Positions 26,221 to 39,003 of a DNA stretch of 64,000 nt are shown here, one piece after another. Origin of the DNA: Phoronis australis (taxonomy: Eukaryota > Animalia > Phoronida); the NCBI GenBank assembly GCA_002633005.1, contig NMRA01000061.1, forward strand, positions 725,076-789,075, given 5' to 3'. Position 1 is the stretch's first letter. Every line of letters starts with the position of its first letter. The notes beneath the pieces are model-generated. The model had not been told where the DNA came from, made no database searches, and saw nothing but the letters and a program-made list of their open reading frames with translations. The position numbers and the translations under genes were made by a program.

Positions 26221-26680
26221 TACACTTCACAGGGTGAGCAAAACATGCACTAAGCACTGTTGAGATAACCTACCGAGATCTTTAAAACTAACAATTATTA
26301 ACTCTCCAATATAAACAATACACTTTATACAATGAACATGTAACAAATATACACACCCAAATAGTGTTACATGCAATCCCTGATGAGATCATCCATCAGT
26401 ATGAAACCCTTCATGTCAACAATAACTCACATGTTGAGCAAAATATTTAAAGTGGGACTTAACTTAAACATAGGAACCTTCAAAATTTGTTTCATAGCAG
26501 TACAAAGTTCTACTACTTAACAAAATACCATAAGTGATGTAACTGCTGAGATCACTACCTTGACGAGGAAAAGTTATCAATATAATAATATGAAACATGA
26601 GCTTGAGCAAAGTACCGGTAGGTGCACAATACTGCTATCTCTGGTGGAACCAGTCACTGAAAACCGCAATAAATTGCACA
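26221..26680 (+). repeat. Fragment of family Y element (right of the EnSpm-like insertion)
   Basis: Aligns to ~48160-48619. Homology stops at ...AAATTGCACA (26680). Confidence 0.85.
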
Positions 26681-27817
26681 ACTAGTTGTGCTACGGCCCT
26701 GCAACCACTGAAGGTTGTCCCAGCCCGTGATGATGGTCCATATGCTATGCTGTTACATCATGGTTGGACGGTGAACGGCCCAGTAAGCGTCACTTCAAAT
26801 TGCCAAGTTTCGCATCGCCAAGCGTGTTATGGTATTCAGGCTACCGAAGTTGTCAAAGAGGTACCACTTCCGGAACCAAGGGAATTCGTGAGTGCCTTGG
26901 AGTCTGATTTCAAAGGATGCTGTGTAGGTAATGTTCCCAACGAACGCGGGCCTTCCAGAGACGACGAGCGTTTTATGAAGATTGAGGAGCGATTGGTTCA
27001 ACAAGACGACGGTCATTTCGAGGTGCCACTGCCTCTGAGGACTGAAAGTATGGTGATGCCTAACAACCGTGCCCAAACTGTTAAACGAGCCTAGTTTTCA
27101 AAGGAAAAAGATGCTCAGCGACAAGAGTTATTTTGATGACTACAAGACTTTTATCGACAAGCTGCTCAAACATGGTTACGCTGAAAAGGTTCCTCTTCAC
27201 GAAGTTCAGCGTGACGGTGGTTCTGTCTGGTATTTGCCACACCATGGTGTTATTCATCCCCACAATAAGAGACTTTGTGTAGTATTTGACTGTGCAGCCA
27301 GATATAAGAATATCTCACTGAATGATCAACTAACCCAAGGACAAGACCTTACTAACTCTGTGTTACTGTAGGTGTATTGCTACGGTTCCGCGACGGTCCT
27401 GTCGCTTTTACGGTGGACATTGAAACGATGTTCTATCAGGTGCGTGTCCCAGAGTGTCAACGCGACTATCTCAGATTTGTGTGGTGGCCAGATGGTAATC
27501 TCCACGTGGCTCCTGAAGACTACCGTATGACAGTTCATTTGTTTGGGGCTTCGTCATCACCGAGCGTCGCCAATTATTCCCTCCGGAACACGTCTGAGAA
27601 TTGTGACTGCGCTGTTACTACAACCATAATGCGGAATTTTTACGTCGATGACTGTCTGAAAGCTGTAGCCAATGATGAAGACGCCATTGATTTAGTTAAG
27701 AGGTTGTTTTCCGCTTGCGCCAGTGGTGGGTTTCGTCTAACGAAGTTCACTAGTAACAGTCATGCTGTATTGAATTCTATCCCAGCCGAGGAACGCTCCG
27801 TAGAGCTACAGACAATA
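26681..27817 (+). pseudogene. BEL/Pao LTR retrotransposon pol, segment 1 (protease C-terminus and reverse transcriptase)
   Basis: GPYA...GWTVNGP, GHFEVPLPL, WYLPHHGV, VVFDCAA...SLND, DIETMFYQV, HLFGASSSPS and NFYVDDCL motifs, with frameshifts. Confidence 0.93.
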
Positions 27818-29620
27818 CAGCATACATCACGAATTTTTGTCCGACCGGTCGAAAATTGGTCGACGACCGGCCGTCGACCGGTCGTCTAGCCGACCAGCAG
27901 CCGACCAACAACGGTCGGCTAAGAACCGTCTGCTGAGTCGCCTCTGTGGTCGGCACTTGGGTCGGCTAAGTGGTCGCCTAGCGTAGACGACCAATTCGAA
28001 TTAAGCGTGTCCTTGGTCGGCAATTACCATTTTATGCCTTAGCGGGTGAGCTTTGGCCAAACAAACATTTAACTGTTCGCTTTTCGTTTACCAGTGGCAA
28101 CTCCGGTGTTGACATCGGTTTATCAACTTTTGTTTAACGTAAGGTTTATGTTGAACTAATGACGGCGTTGTAAAATCAAACGTTAACTGATATCGTGGCC
28201 AAATTTCTGCCTCTTGGTATGAGACTTTTTATACAGTACATTATGCATAAAAACAAGCAAGAAATTTGAAATTTTACACTAAAATTGTACAAAAATCTGA
28301 ATACATCGCTGGCTATTTTGCGACACCAAGTGTTTTCATGCCGCGGAATGCTCAACAAGCAGCACGCATTAGCGCTCATCTGTTATTTTTTTGATCATCA
28401 CGCTGTATAATGTGCTTTACCACAGATTATTATTGTTTATTTTTGTATAATTTTTAATATGTTGGTCAGCAGAAGAGCAACAGTTTATTTTAAGAACAAC
28501 ATAAACAACGGTTTCAACATAGTGCAGGAATTAAGATCATGGGCGCATTAAAATGGAAGAATGTGATCGGTAATAGTGTCATCCATGATCCATCATTATT
28601 CTGAACTTGTTGTCACTTTCGGAGTAAAAAATTGTTTCGAAGCTAGAGCCTTCCTATCTAGCCAGCTAGCTGTATGAAGACCATAGTGAAAATACAGCAA
28701 GGTGCCACTGTGTATTGAGCTCCGACAGAACTCGAATATGCAGACAGCCCGAATAGTTACGCTCGTCACCTCACTGAAGCTTGTATCAACATGAGCTAAA
28801 GACCGGCGGATGTGCATGCAAAATCTGGAACTGAATAGACATTCACCTTGCCCGTTACGGACGTTTAAGCGAAAAATATACGACGTCATTTTCTTGCGTA
28901 ACAAAGAAATGTATGTCGTCGTTTAGAAAGTAGTACATTCGTGACTCGCGCCACTTCTAGAATTTTTTTCGACATCTCCCATTAGATGATGACAACATCG
29001 CAGCAAAAGTTGTTCTAAAATTCGGTCTACTGATAGCAAATTCTAAAAACATGTATTGAAGTGAAACCAATTCTAATCATTTGTTCTGACGTTTACACAA
29101 CCTCGAGGGAGAACGTCTGATTGAAGAATCTGGGAAAAAGAAACTGGCTAATAGGTGACGCAATATTTCATTGCGCTGAAAGTTGACGCAAAAGATCACA
29201 CCGCAATTTTAGTAGCAGAATAATTGGAGAAAATTAATTTTTACAACGCCTGTAAATCATTTAGATTACACAAGGAAAATTTAATTCGGTGAGTTTTTAC
29301 CCACTGAACGGCGCAAAGTTGTATATTTAATTTAGTAAACAGCTTCGCACCAACGCCGAGCCCTTTGGAGTAAGAACACAATGCTTAGCGTTTCACGTCT
29401 ACTCCAATGGAAAAGTTGTATTTATTTACGTGTCATTACAAACTTCTCCTGTTGAGAGTTTCTTTCTCACAAAAGCGGTCTTCGAATGTAGAATCTAGAC
29501 TATGGAATGTAGTGTTTGTCCTAGCATTTTAGTTCACGTTCTTTCCGAAAATTATCTATACGATTGAATGTTTTCAAAGCAGGGGGAGAATTGTGATCAG
29601 ATGTAAATGTGAATGGCTTA

Positions 29621-29736
29621 TTGTGCGCGTACGTGCTATTCATAGTTATAACATATATTTCAACCGATATTACAATAAATTGTGCGCGTACGTGCTATTC
29701 ATAGTTATAACATAATTCAACCGATATTACAATAAA
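29621..29736. repeat. Tandem duplication (~59 bp x2)
   Basis: TTGTGCGCGTACGTGCTATTCATAGTTATAACATA...CAACCGATATTACAATAAA occurs twice. Confidence 0.85.
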
Positions 29737-32700
29737 CGTACAGGGTATCCTTAAATCGTGCTCCGAGTCTTTGACCCCGCTGTAATCAGCATGCCGTAAA
29801 CTTTATCTAAATTTTGAAGACCTGCGTACTTGGCCTCGGTTTATTAAAGTGGCTTGGAACGTGAAAATTAGTATAAAATAAGAAAGTAAATGTTTCTCAT
29901 CTTGCATGAAACCTGTATCATATCTTGGCGTACAAGTTTTTTGAAGGTTTCGTAAATATAGTGAGTTTTAGATGAGTTTGGAGTATTTTTCTTTACGTTT
30001 GAAAGTTGACCAAAAAGACACGCCTTCGTGCTCGTCAAGTCCGACATTACAGTCCCAAAATGCATTGCGGTGCCTTATTTGGAAATGGCTGATGACCTCA
30101 GAGAGGTGAAAGGTCGCCGAAAGCAAAACAGTGATGGCTGGTTTCGAAAGCACATCGACACCTCGATTGACTCAAAGAAGTCCCATTTCTGAAGTAAGTT
30201 ATCGATTTATTTGGTTTCTATGCTCTCCCAAGTATGATCTAATATACTTTTTGCTCACGATTTCATTTATGTGCATTTCAAACGGAAAACGTTCTATTCA
30301 TGTCTTATCGTTTAATGAATGAAAAGTAGTCTGGCTCACCGATCGGCCTACGGTCAACATCGTAGACTATGTTGTGTATAATCTATAGTAAACATGAACA
30401 ATAACATTTTGCTAAAAACATTTCAATGCATCGTGACTGTACATAAGATTTATAACTAAAATGTATTTCGGGTGATTGTTAATTGTTACTACGTGATGAT
30501 TGCGTACAGGCCAAGGGCCCCCCCATGACTGGTGCATGAAGCAAAAATTACACAGCAACAGCATGAAGCGTGAGAAAATATCGAGCCCAACGGTAGAATT
30601 CCAGAACACCAGGTCCGTATCGCCAACCCCCACGACATTAGAGCCACCTGTGCATACAATCGAGCTTTGCCCCTGATCCGAGGTGTCATGTTGGGCCCCC
30701 CTTGTGGTATCCTAGATTCGCCACTGGCGTATTCACCGTTTAGTAAGTGGCCGAGTAGTGCAAGTGCAGTTAGCTAAATCCTCAGCTGTTAGTGGTGGAA
30801 GAAAATGTAATCTGAATTTCTCTGAAAACCTTCATTGAACTTTCTTGTTTACCGATTCAAAAAATCCCCCAAAAATTCTGGCCCAGGGTTTTCTTGAATT
30901 CTGGGGCCAAATGCACCCAGTTGGCCCAAAGTACATGTAGTCAATGCATTTTAGGGTTCAAATGGCCAAGTGCAATGACTTGACCAACTTAGTAATTATA
31001 TTAAATTTATGCCTTAGTAATCACACTGTTATTTACAGTAATTCTAACCAATTACAAGGTGCTTCACAGCGAATTTTAAATAAAACTTTAAAATTGGGAA
31101 GATTAACTTTCTTATGCTAAATTTTGTTATCTTTTTGAACCTAAAACACAGTTTATCTCCTCATATCTCAAAAGCTGTTAACTCCAGTCATCTGATAGTT
31201 TACATTGTCATTACATGGATGATGATAAGTCACAGACACATATGTTCCAAGGACTGGTGGTAAATATATTGACCTAATTGTTCACCCAGTAATAGTTTGC
31301 AATATGCATCATAATGAACATTCAGTCCCAACAGCTTTCAAAACGTTTTATTTTATCGAGCATCATCATGATCCAAATAATTTTGCTTTTTTCAAAGTAT
31401 GTTACACATTTTCACTGACTATAACTACAAGCACTTCGCAATTTAGGGATTTGCACAAATCTGTGGTTTGCAATCAACTTCTGTTTTATTGAGCTGACCT
31501 CCACTTTTACATCTGACTACAATGAAACATCAATGATGTGTGGACTCATGGAAGGATACAAAGTTACATAATGCAAGAAATAAGAGGTCATTCCACTTGA
31601 GCAACATAACTGTGTTTAGAAATTAAAAGACAGAATCAATCTACACACCTTTGGACAAATGGAATGATAAATTGCACTTCCAACTAATTTGTCCCACTAA
31701 AAACATCTGAAATTGCAGCAACATTGATTGAAAATAGTTTTATTTCTACTGTCCATGGAGCATCTAATTATCATTCCAGAGGAGAAAATAATAGAACATC
31801 TAGGTACTTTCATAGTTCATAACATTATTCATTGGCTACAAAATCAGCCGTTACACGGTTTCAATTGCACAGAACTTGTCAATCACTTCACCTGTGGCTA
31901 GAGAACAAAGAACTGTCAAAAGAAGCATGTTATTGCACCAGCAATTGTAGGAGGTACTAAAAGTCAAGGCTTTGTCGCACTGGCTCAGCATAGAACAGAC
32001 ATAACGCTGTACGTTTTGTTTGAATGGACTTAATATGAGCATACAGTCAAGATTAATAAAGTGATGAACTCGAACCAGTGTTCAGTCTACCATTGCATCA
32101 AAATATTAGAACAGATCGGTGACAACCTGCGTCCAGCTATCCATGGGGTAAAACGTGAAAAGAGCTTAGACTAACAGACTGGGGCTGAGAAATCACTAAT
32201 GTAATGCTCTCAGAAACAGATTTTTTTCACACATTACCAGTCCTGTTTGAAGCATTTGCTTTGGTTTGGAAATTACTCCCAATGTTAGGCATGGGTTTTG
32301 ATGAACTTTGAGACTATATGGAATTTAAAAGGCCTGTTTAATTCCATAGGATATGTGGGAGAGCCATGAAAACAAGGAGAAGTGAAAGTGTAAGAGGAGG
32401 TAGAGGAAGGAAATGGAAGTCAGTCGTTACAGCTACTCTAGGTCCAGCTTCAGTGACCCCAGCTCATCGTGGTCTGCAAGGTTATGCATCTTATCAAGAT
32501 GACGTACAGGTACTTCATCATGAATAACAAACACGTGAAAAAACAACTCAAACATTCTAGTTCAGAGAATAATTTATGACTTGTAAATATATAGAATATC
32601 CAATATTTAACCTTCTATGTCATTTTACATCTTGAAGAAATAAGAAGCCATTACATTTTACAGAGATTTTCATGTGGTTATCATTTGTCTAATGATGCAA

Positions 32701-33359
32701 AATAAGATGTGACATAAACGTTTGAATAAAATTCCAGTTCTTTCTAGTAGTGAGCTGAACTTGTAGCTATGTGAACTATAAGGATACAAGATGGGGTAAA
32801 TATCTCCTTTCCATAATTAGTGAAAAATCTCCTAATTTTCAGAGAAGAGAAAATGCAATGACCAAATGAGCAAGTGCGACATCTTTCGGTGCAAAGACAT
32901 GTATGTGCAAATGCAATCAGTGAATTCAACTCTGCCCACACTATATTCAAATCAGTTGGGAATACCAATGTGTCACGTTAAAAACACAAATATGACAAGA
33001 TTATTTGCAGGATGACCTATAAAACCATACCTAATAGGTGCTATTTAGTCAAAAGGGTCACCAAAACTGCTGCCCATCTCCTTTTTGATGTATTTACTTT
33101 TAGTTACATCTTTGCAAATCACAAGTATATACAGTGCATGTAAACAGAGTATGCAAAATTCAGTCATGCTTAGGAGAGAAACCTGTGCACACCATTCCTG
33201 ACCATACCAGACATGTAGAAAAATCCATTTTATTGGAATATACCATCCAAAATGTATGCACACAATATTTCACAATTCAATCATCAGTTAGAACACTAAA
33301 TAGTTTGTTGTCAAGATAATTCATGAGCACTAACTAGTTCTCTCAAATTTTAAAGATCA

Positions 33360-33576
33360 GGGGCATGTTCCAACAGAACTGAGTTAGCTAAGACAATTTT
33401 CAAGTTTTAGTAAATTTTAAAATAAAGTTAAATTTGTCTCAAAACCAATTCAAGAAAGTGTTTGACATAAGTTTTGTCTTAACTTGCCAAAATTGGAAGT
33501 TTCAAAGTTTGGAAGTTAAAGACAAATCTTAGACTTAAGTCAAAAATGGTCTTGTCAATTTCTTGGAACAGACTCT
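33360..33576. mobile_element. Harbinger-like MITE remnant
   Basis: GGGGCATGTTCCAA ... TTGGAACAGACTC imperfect TIR around an AT-rich interior with repeated AAGACAA/TTGTCTT motifs. Confidence 0.4.
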
Positions 33577-36089
33577 AGTACTTTCACATCACCTTTTAAT
33601 GAATGGCCTGGATACAAACACCAAGGCTTCGTCGTCACAGACAGAATTAATTGCATAGATTCCAGAAAGCTCAAGCCCACTGGAAATATACCATTGCCAT
33701 AATCACATTTAGCTGATAAAGAAAGTTAAAACGAGTTCAACATTTGTCAGCAACTAATCGAGGGTGCCAGGCAGTCATACGTACAGACTTTGAGTCATAA
33801 GCACAAAACACTGCATCATTTGGAAGAACGCTTTATTTATACATACGAACCACAACATGATGTGTACAAACTAATCAGATATCCAAATAACACGTAAGAA
33901 CATAGTTCTTCTACAGATACATTTTATGTTGCAATTTTGCTTAGTGCTAGACTCCTTGGGAAAACGAATGATGACCACCACCACTAGAAAATGTTTACGT
34001 AATTATGTGATATTACTTCATACCCCTGTTTTTGTTTTATCTGTTTCTTTCAAGTTAGTTTACATGCATGAATTTTTGTTTATACATTTGATATGGTTTG
34101 TATCTACGATTATGAATAATGGTTCGTACATATGAATCGAAGTTTGCATGTTTGATTGCCTTGTTCTAGTTAAACAGGGATATTTCAATTGGTACAGTTT
34201 AGAAGCTCATAATTGTGAGAGACATGGTCAAGTAAGCCTAAGGCTTTTATATTTTCACTCTTGACATCCCAAGGCTTAATGAGTGCAAGCTCAGTAATAT
34301 TTCTAACAATCGCAAGCTTGAATGATTTGATTTAAATTAGTAACCCCCGCAAAAAACTGACTTGGAGTTTTCAATAAATGCAATTTTCCATGTCATGTAT
34401 TGTCGTAGACACGAATACTAGTAGGTGAAGATGTAGACAATATGCTTTCATTGAAAAAATAATTTCTAGAATACCTTTAAACAAACTGGGGAGTTGCAGG
34501 TGTTGCTGATACGGCTTTAGGTTCTGACTCTGAGGACACTTGTCTAGACATTGTTGAAAATCTTTCACTTTGTGCCACTTCATACCTAGAGTGCAAAAAT
34601 GAAATTACACTAACCTAGTTATTAACTACAGGTTCAGATGTCAAATCATACAGGTGGTACAATTCGCCGCCATAATAACAACGAAAATACATGTACATGA
34701 ACAACCATCACAAAAAATGCGAGTGCAATTCATTACTAAATTTCTTGTTGCGAATTGGAATTTGTTACCAAAAATTATCCTCAGTTAATGTATTTTTGAA
34801 TTCTGAAAATTGATAAACGAACGTTTGTGCTTTTACTTTGTTAACCTTTGTAGGGCAGCGAAATTTTGATTAATGGGGTTTTAGCAGTGGATTTTCTTCC
34901 AGATCTCGCATAATATCTTTGACGAAGGTAGGCCTCCTGACCTCTGATTATAATACCACTTAATGTCAATACACATAGGTCTGCAAATAACGTACAACAA
35001 GATAACAAGGCTACAAATACATGAGACATGGCTTTGTACCTACTTTGCAAGTACTCAATCTGGCAAAATGCACAGCTTGCCACTAAAACTGAATTGCTGT
35101 CTGAACTGGGTCATAACTGGTGGCACAGGGGGTTCCAGGGGCAGCAAGAAATCTTTTGGCAACTCCTACCTCGCACAAACTAAACCATCAAAGTCATGCT
35201 GCCTTAAGTACCTTTATAACATAGACATGTTAACCTTAGGAGGCTGTCGATGTCTTTATTCCTTCCAACTTGAACAAATACTTTGGTAATCAAGATTCCT
35301 TTCTGATTCGTTTCTTTGTTCATCTACAATATCATTTTGCACAGGTATGAGTGGCACAACCCTTGCGGCCAAGTTTCAAGCACTAGCACACTCTGGTGAT
35401 CACCAGTGCAGTGCTTTAATGATTGATTTACTCCGTCATGGAGGTCGATCTCAATGTGATTTCAAAACGCTACAGCAATGATTCAATTAATCAATACAGA
35501 ATTGGGCCAGTTTCCCAAAAATGGTCAGTCCATGATTTTGATACCGTAACGAAGGACAGAAAATTGACTCCTAATGCCCGTTCGTATTTGACCGAGCTGG
35601 GAAGAGTTTAAGACATTACCATTCCCTTAAGGTATCCCCCTATCTCAAAAGTTCGTTGCAGCAACATGACTTCGATGGTTTAATCAATGTGGCACAATTC
35701 GCCTAAAAAACTTCCAACTGGTGGAGGGTCTATTGGACAACTGCCATCTCTACTGCAGTCATTTGAGACGGTGGTACTATCTCAAAGTAATAATGCTTTG
35801 CAATTTCTCCTAGTGTTTCAAGAATTATCAACTGCAAACAACTAAGCAAGTCGTCAATATCAGTACGTCATAGGGTTAGCCACAAGTATAGGCTTTACCG
35901 CTTAGCTAAATGTCAACAGAGAGTGCAACTCGGTGAATTTTATGTCTGACAGTATAACTTTCACACTCTTCACTTTCTCAGTGAGTTCTCGGACCATTAC
36001 TTTATTGGATCGAGGTGATTTTAATAAGCTGGGGCCGCGCAACGTCCCGATAACTACCGAAGTATGCAGGACCGAACAAGTACTTACCG

Positions 36090-36300
36090 TACGCATGATC
36101 AAGCTATCGTTTGGCCAGCTCGGAATTAGTAACGGATAGCTCACTTCTATAAGAAATTCCCAGCGGTAGTGCTCTGTACCCAGATAAATGCGTCGTTTAT
36201 TAACTTTCAGCTGCAAGACTTGCCTTCTTTTCTTTCTTACTGAGTCGGTGAGCTTAAACGAAAGCCCCATTTTCTTGCCCAGCTTTCCACTGTCCGACAT
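36090..36300 (-). pseudogene. Basic helical N-terminal domain of a transposon protein (decayed)
   Basis: MSDSGKLGKKMG...RKKRRQVLQLKVNKRRIYLGTEHYRWEFL, then frameshift to ELSVTNSELAKR*LDH. Resembles an R-I-x-[IL]-G...RW...E-[LV]-A-x-x-L-L-D module I recall from transposon-derived animal proteins. Confidence 0.5.
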
Positions 36301-38328
36301 CTTGTCTCGTATTGTCTTGCAAAACTGCGTTAGCGATTATTAGCGCAGCACCGTTCTCTGACACGTAGTGTAAATGAATAATAGTCCACTGCAGATCAGC
36401 ATGATCAAATCACAAGTAATGGTCCAATCATGAAGAATCGTAGAGGTAGGCCCAAAATACAAGACACGAGGTATAAAGCACATTGGGTGGCAAAGTATTC
36501 ACTCCACAACACTCTTGACACTGAATCAGCTGTTCGTTTGTCGAATGACTGAGCGCATGCGCGCATTTATAATAAGTGAAAGGAAGATAGGCAGGTATAG
36601 GTTGTTACCATACAAGCTTTTCTTCGTACTTCTTTCAAAAAACATGAATTGGGTCATTTTTTCTGGAAATTCCTTCTCAGGGGGAAGTGAATAACTTTTT
36701 AGTAAAGGTTGAAGGAAGGTACTTTGGTTAGGGATCGTTTAAAACGTATTTTTTCACGAGTTTTCGCGGTCCATGCCATTTTAATGTAGGGTCCTGACAA
36801 CACACGACTCTGAAATTTTTGAAAACGCAACACTTTTTTACGCATATACGTTTTCTGCCCACGAGTACATTTGGTGTACGGCGACGTGGGCAGAGACGCT
36901 CTCAATGCATCAACCAAACATATTAATTTTTGAAAATGCTCTCAAAAGAGGACTTTTTTAAAACACCGCGTTGGAAGTATTCGTCAGTCTGGAAAAGCGA
37001 AATGAACAGATCTGTACACACTGCTCAAAGCACTTTTGTGGACATACGGAAACGCCAACGTCTCCGTTACACGCTGTACAGTATGTGCTTGGCATTTCTG
37101 ATGAAGCGCTCTCATGCTGGATTTTTTTAAGATTGAGCGCTGCTTCAAAAATTGTTGTAGGTTTTCTTACACCTGAGCACAGAATTATTCTGCACCTTGG
37201 TTTATTTTCTATCATTTTTCTTCGACGTCGCAATCGCTTTACCAAAGATTCACGCACATATGCCGTGTAGAGACAACTACCTCTTCACAACGTATTCACA
37301 TCTTCCCGTAAACAAATATTTTACATAATTTGTCAATATGTCGTTGACAGAAAATATTTATTTTTGGAACAACGTGAACGAAGAACTGACATGTGTAAAT
37401 AGCGCAGATTTTAACGTCACCGATACACAAAAAAACGGAATGCGCAAAGCTAGAATTGGTTGTAGCCTCAACAGTGGTTATTCTGTGTTAGATGTCACTG
37501 TCTAAGTTCGTGGAAATCGAAACCATATGATTTCGAAGTTAGAGCCATCAAAGTCCGTGCGTTTAGGGCATACTGTACCGTGAAGTTCGCGTCTGTACTG
37601 CTAGGGTTAATCATATGCAAATAAAAACCCCGGAGTGAGAGCTCTTCGGTGTAACGACTCACTCACTATCCCTTCATCATGGGCACGTGATAAGAGACCG
37701 GTGGCGAATTTTAAAAACGCAAAAAGATGCAGTTCGGCGTAACACAAACAACAAACAATTGAGAGCGAAGACTGTCAACAATAGATGCGTTTACAAAATG
37801 ACTACAGCGTTGTATAGGCCGGGAAGCAACCATTCTAATGCAGCTTGTTAACGTCGCGAGTCAAATTGAAGATTAAATGTAAAGAAAATGTTCACGTTTT
37901 TTATCCAAAACTTGTTGCACTGTCCAAGATTCAATGATAAAACCGCTTGCCCTCAATCTCCGAGTTAGTGGTGTTTCACAACTGCGGTGAACTCATGTAA
38001 CGGAGAAGGTAATTTATTTGATCCTGTGCTAAGACGAATATGCATTGACACGCAAAGTGGCATCAGCCTGACAACCCATTACGCAACTGCTACTCTAGCC
38101 TAAATATAGCAACCGACCAGCTGGTCGGCTGATGGCCGGTCGGCTGATGGCCGGTTGGCTGATGGCCGGTCGGCTGAATGGTCGGCTGAAGTGTCGGCTG
38201 GGGAGTCGCCTTATGAGTCGACACTGCGGCTAATTTTTAGCCCACCGGTTGGCTAATTTGCCGACCGGTCGACCGCCGGTCATCGACCAATTTCCGACCG
38301 GTCGGACAAAAATTCGTGATGTGTGCTG

Positions 38329-39003
38329 GAGATTTGGACAAAAACTGTGACGACCTACCCAACGAGCGAGCTTTAGGCATGCAGTGGAAGATTTCTTCTG
38401 ATCTAGTTGGGTTTGCTATATCCGTGAAAGCAAAATCTCTTACTAGAAGATGTCTCTTGTCGACGATTGCGTCAGCGTATGACCCTCTCGGAATTTTGGC
38501 GCCGTTTGTACTTCCGACCAAGTTGATCCTGCAAGACTTGTGCAAACAGAATGAGTTGCAGTGTCACGACGACATCACAGAACCTCACAAGTCTCGGTGG
38601 TTGAAGTGGCTGTGCGAATTACCCCGGATGGAAGAAGTTTGCTGACGCCGCCATTACGTCCCAGAAGATTCGGTACCATTTTCTGACGCGAGCGCCAGTG
38701 GTTATGGATGTTGTGCGTATTTAAGGTTTGTTAATGCCAGTAACCATGCACATTGCTGTCTCGTTTTAGGAAAGATCAAAGTGGCTCCTTTAAGACGAAT
38801 GACCATTCCTAAGCTGGAGTTGACCGCAGCTGCTGTGTCGCTTCAAATTGGACGAATGGTATGCAAGGAAGCAATGTTACGTACCATACCAATTCAATGG
38901 CTGTACTATATTACCTGTATAGTACCTGTGGCCGATTTCCAGTATTTGTTACTGAACACATACAGCAAATACACGACTTCAGCGACCCTTCACAATGGAA
39001 GTA
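38329..39003 (+). pseudogene. BEL/Pao pol, segment 2 (connection/RNase H, 'peptidase A17' region)
   Basis: ERALGMQW, TRRCLLSTIASAYDPLGILAPF, FSDASASGYGCCAYLR, VAPLRRMTIPKLELTAA and SQWKY motifs. Confidence 0.92.

Larger units (their letters stand above)
29848..36780. mobile_element. Kolobok-like DNA transposon 2 (decayed)
   Basis: TTAA at 29844-29847 and 36781-36784. Imperfect TIR AGTGGCTTGGAACGTGAAAA vs AATGGCATGGACCGCGAAAA (16/20). Inward-facing ORF remnant near the right end. Confidence 0.7.
27818..38328 (-). mobile_element. TA-targeting TIR transposon, copy 3 (diverged; different interior plus nested Kolobok-like element)
   Basis: acaaTA|CAGCATACATCACG at 27818 and GATGTGTGCTG|GAgat at 38328 (right TSD mutated). 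27818-~29408 and ~36808-38328 are reverse-complement homologues of the family ends. Confidence 0.88.

Noticed and set aside
26597-27094. 165-aa ORF as a real gene
   Set aside because: Chimera of family Y sequence (to 26680) and a BEL pol fragment.
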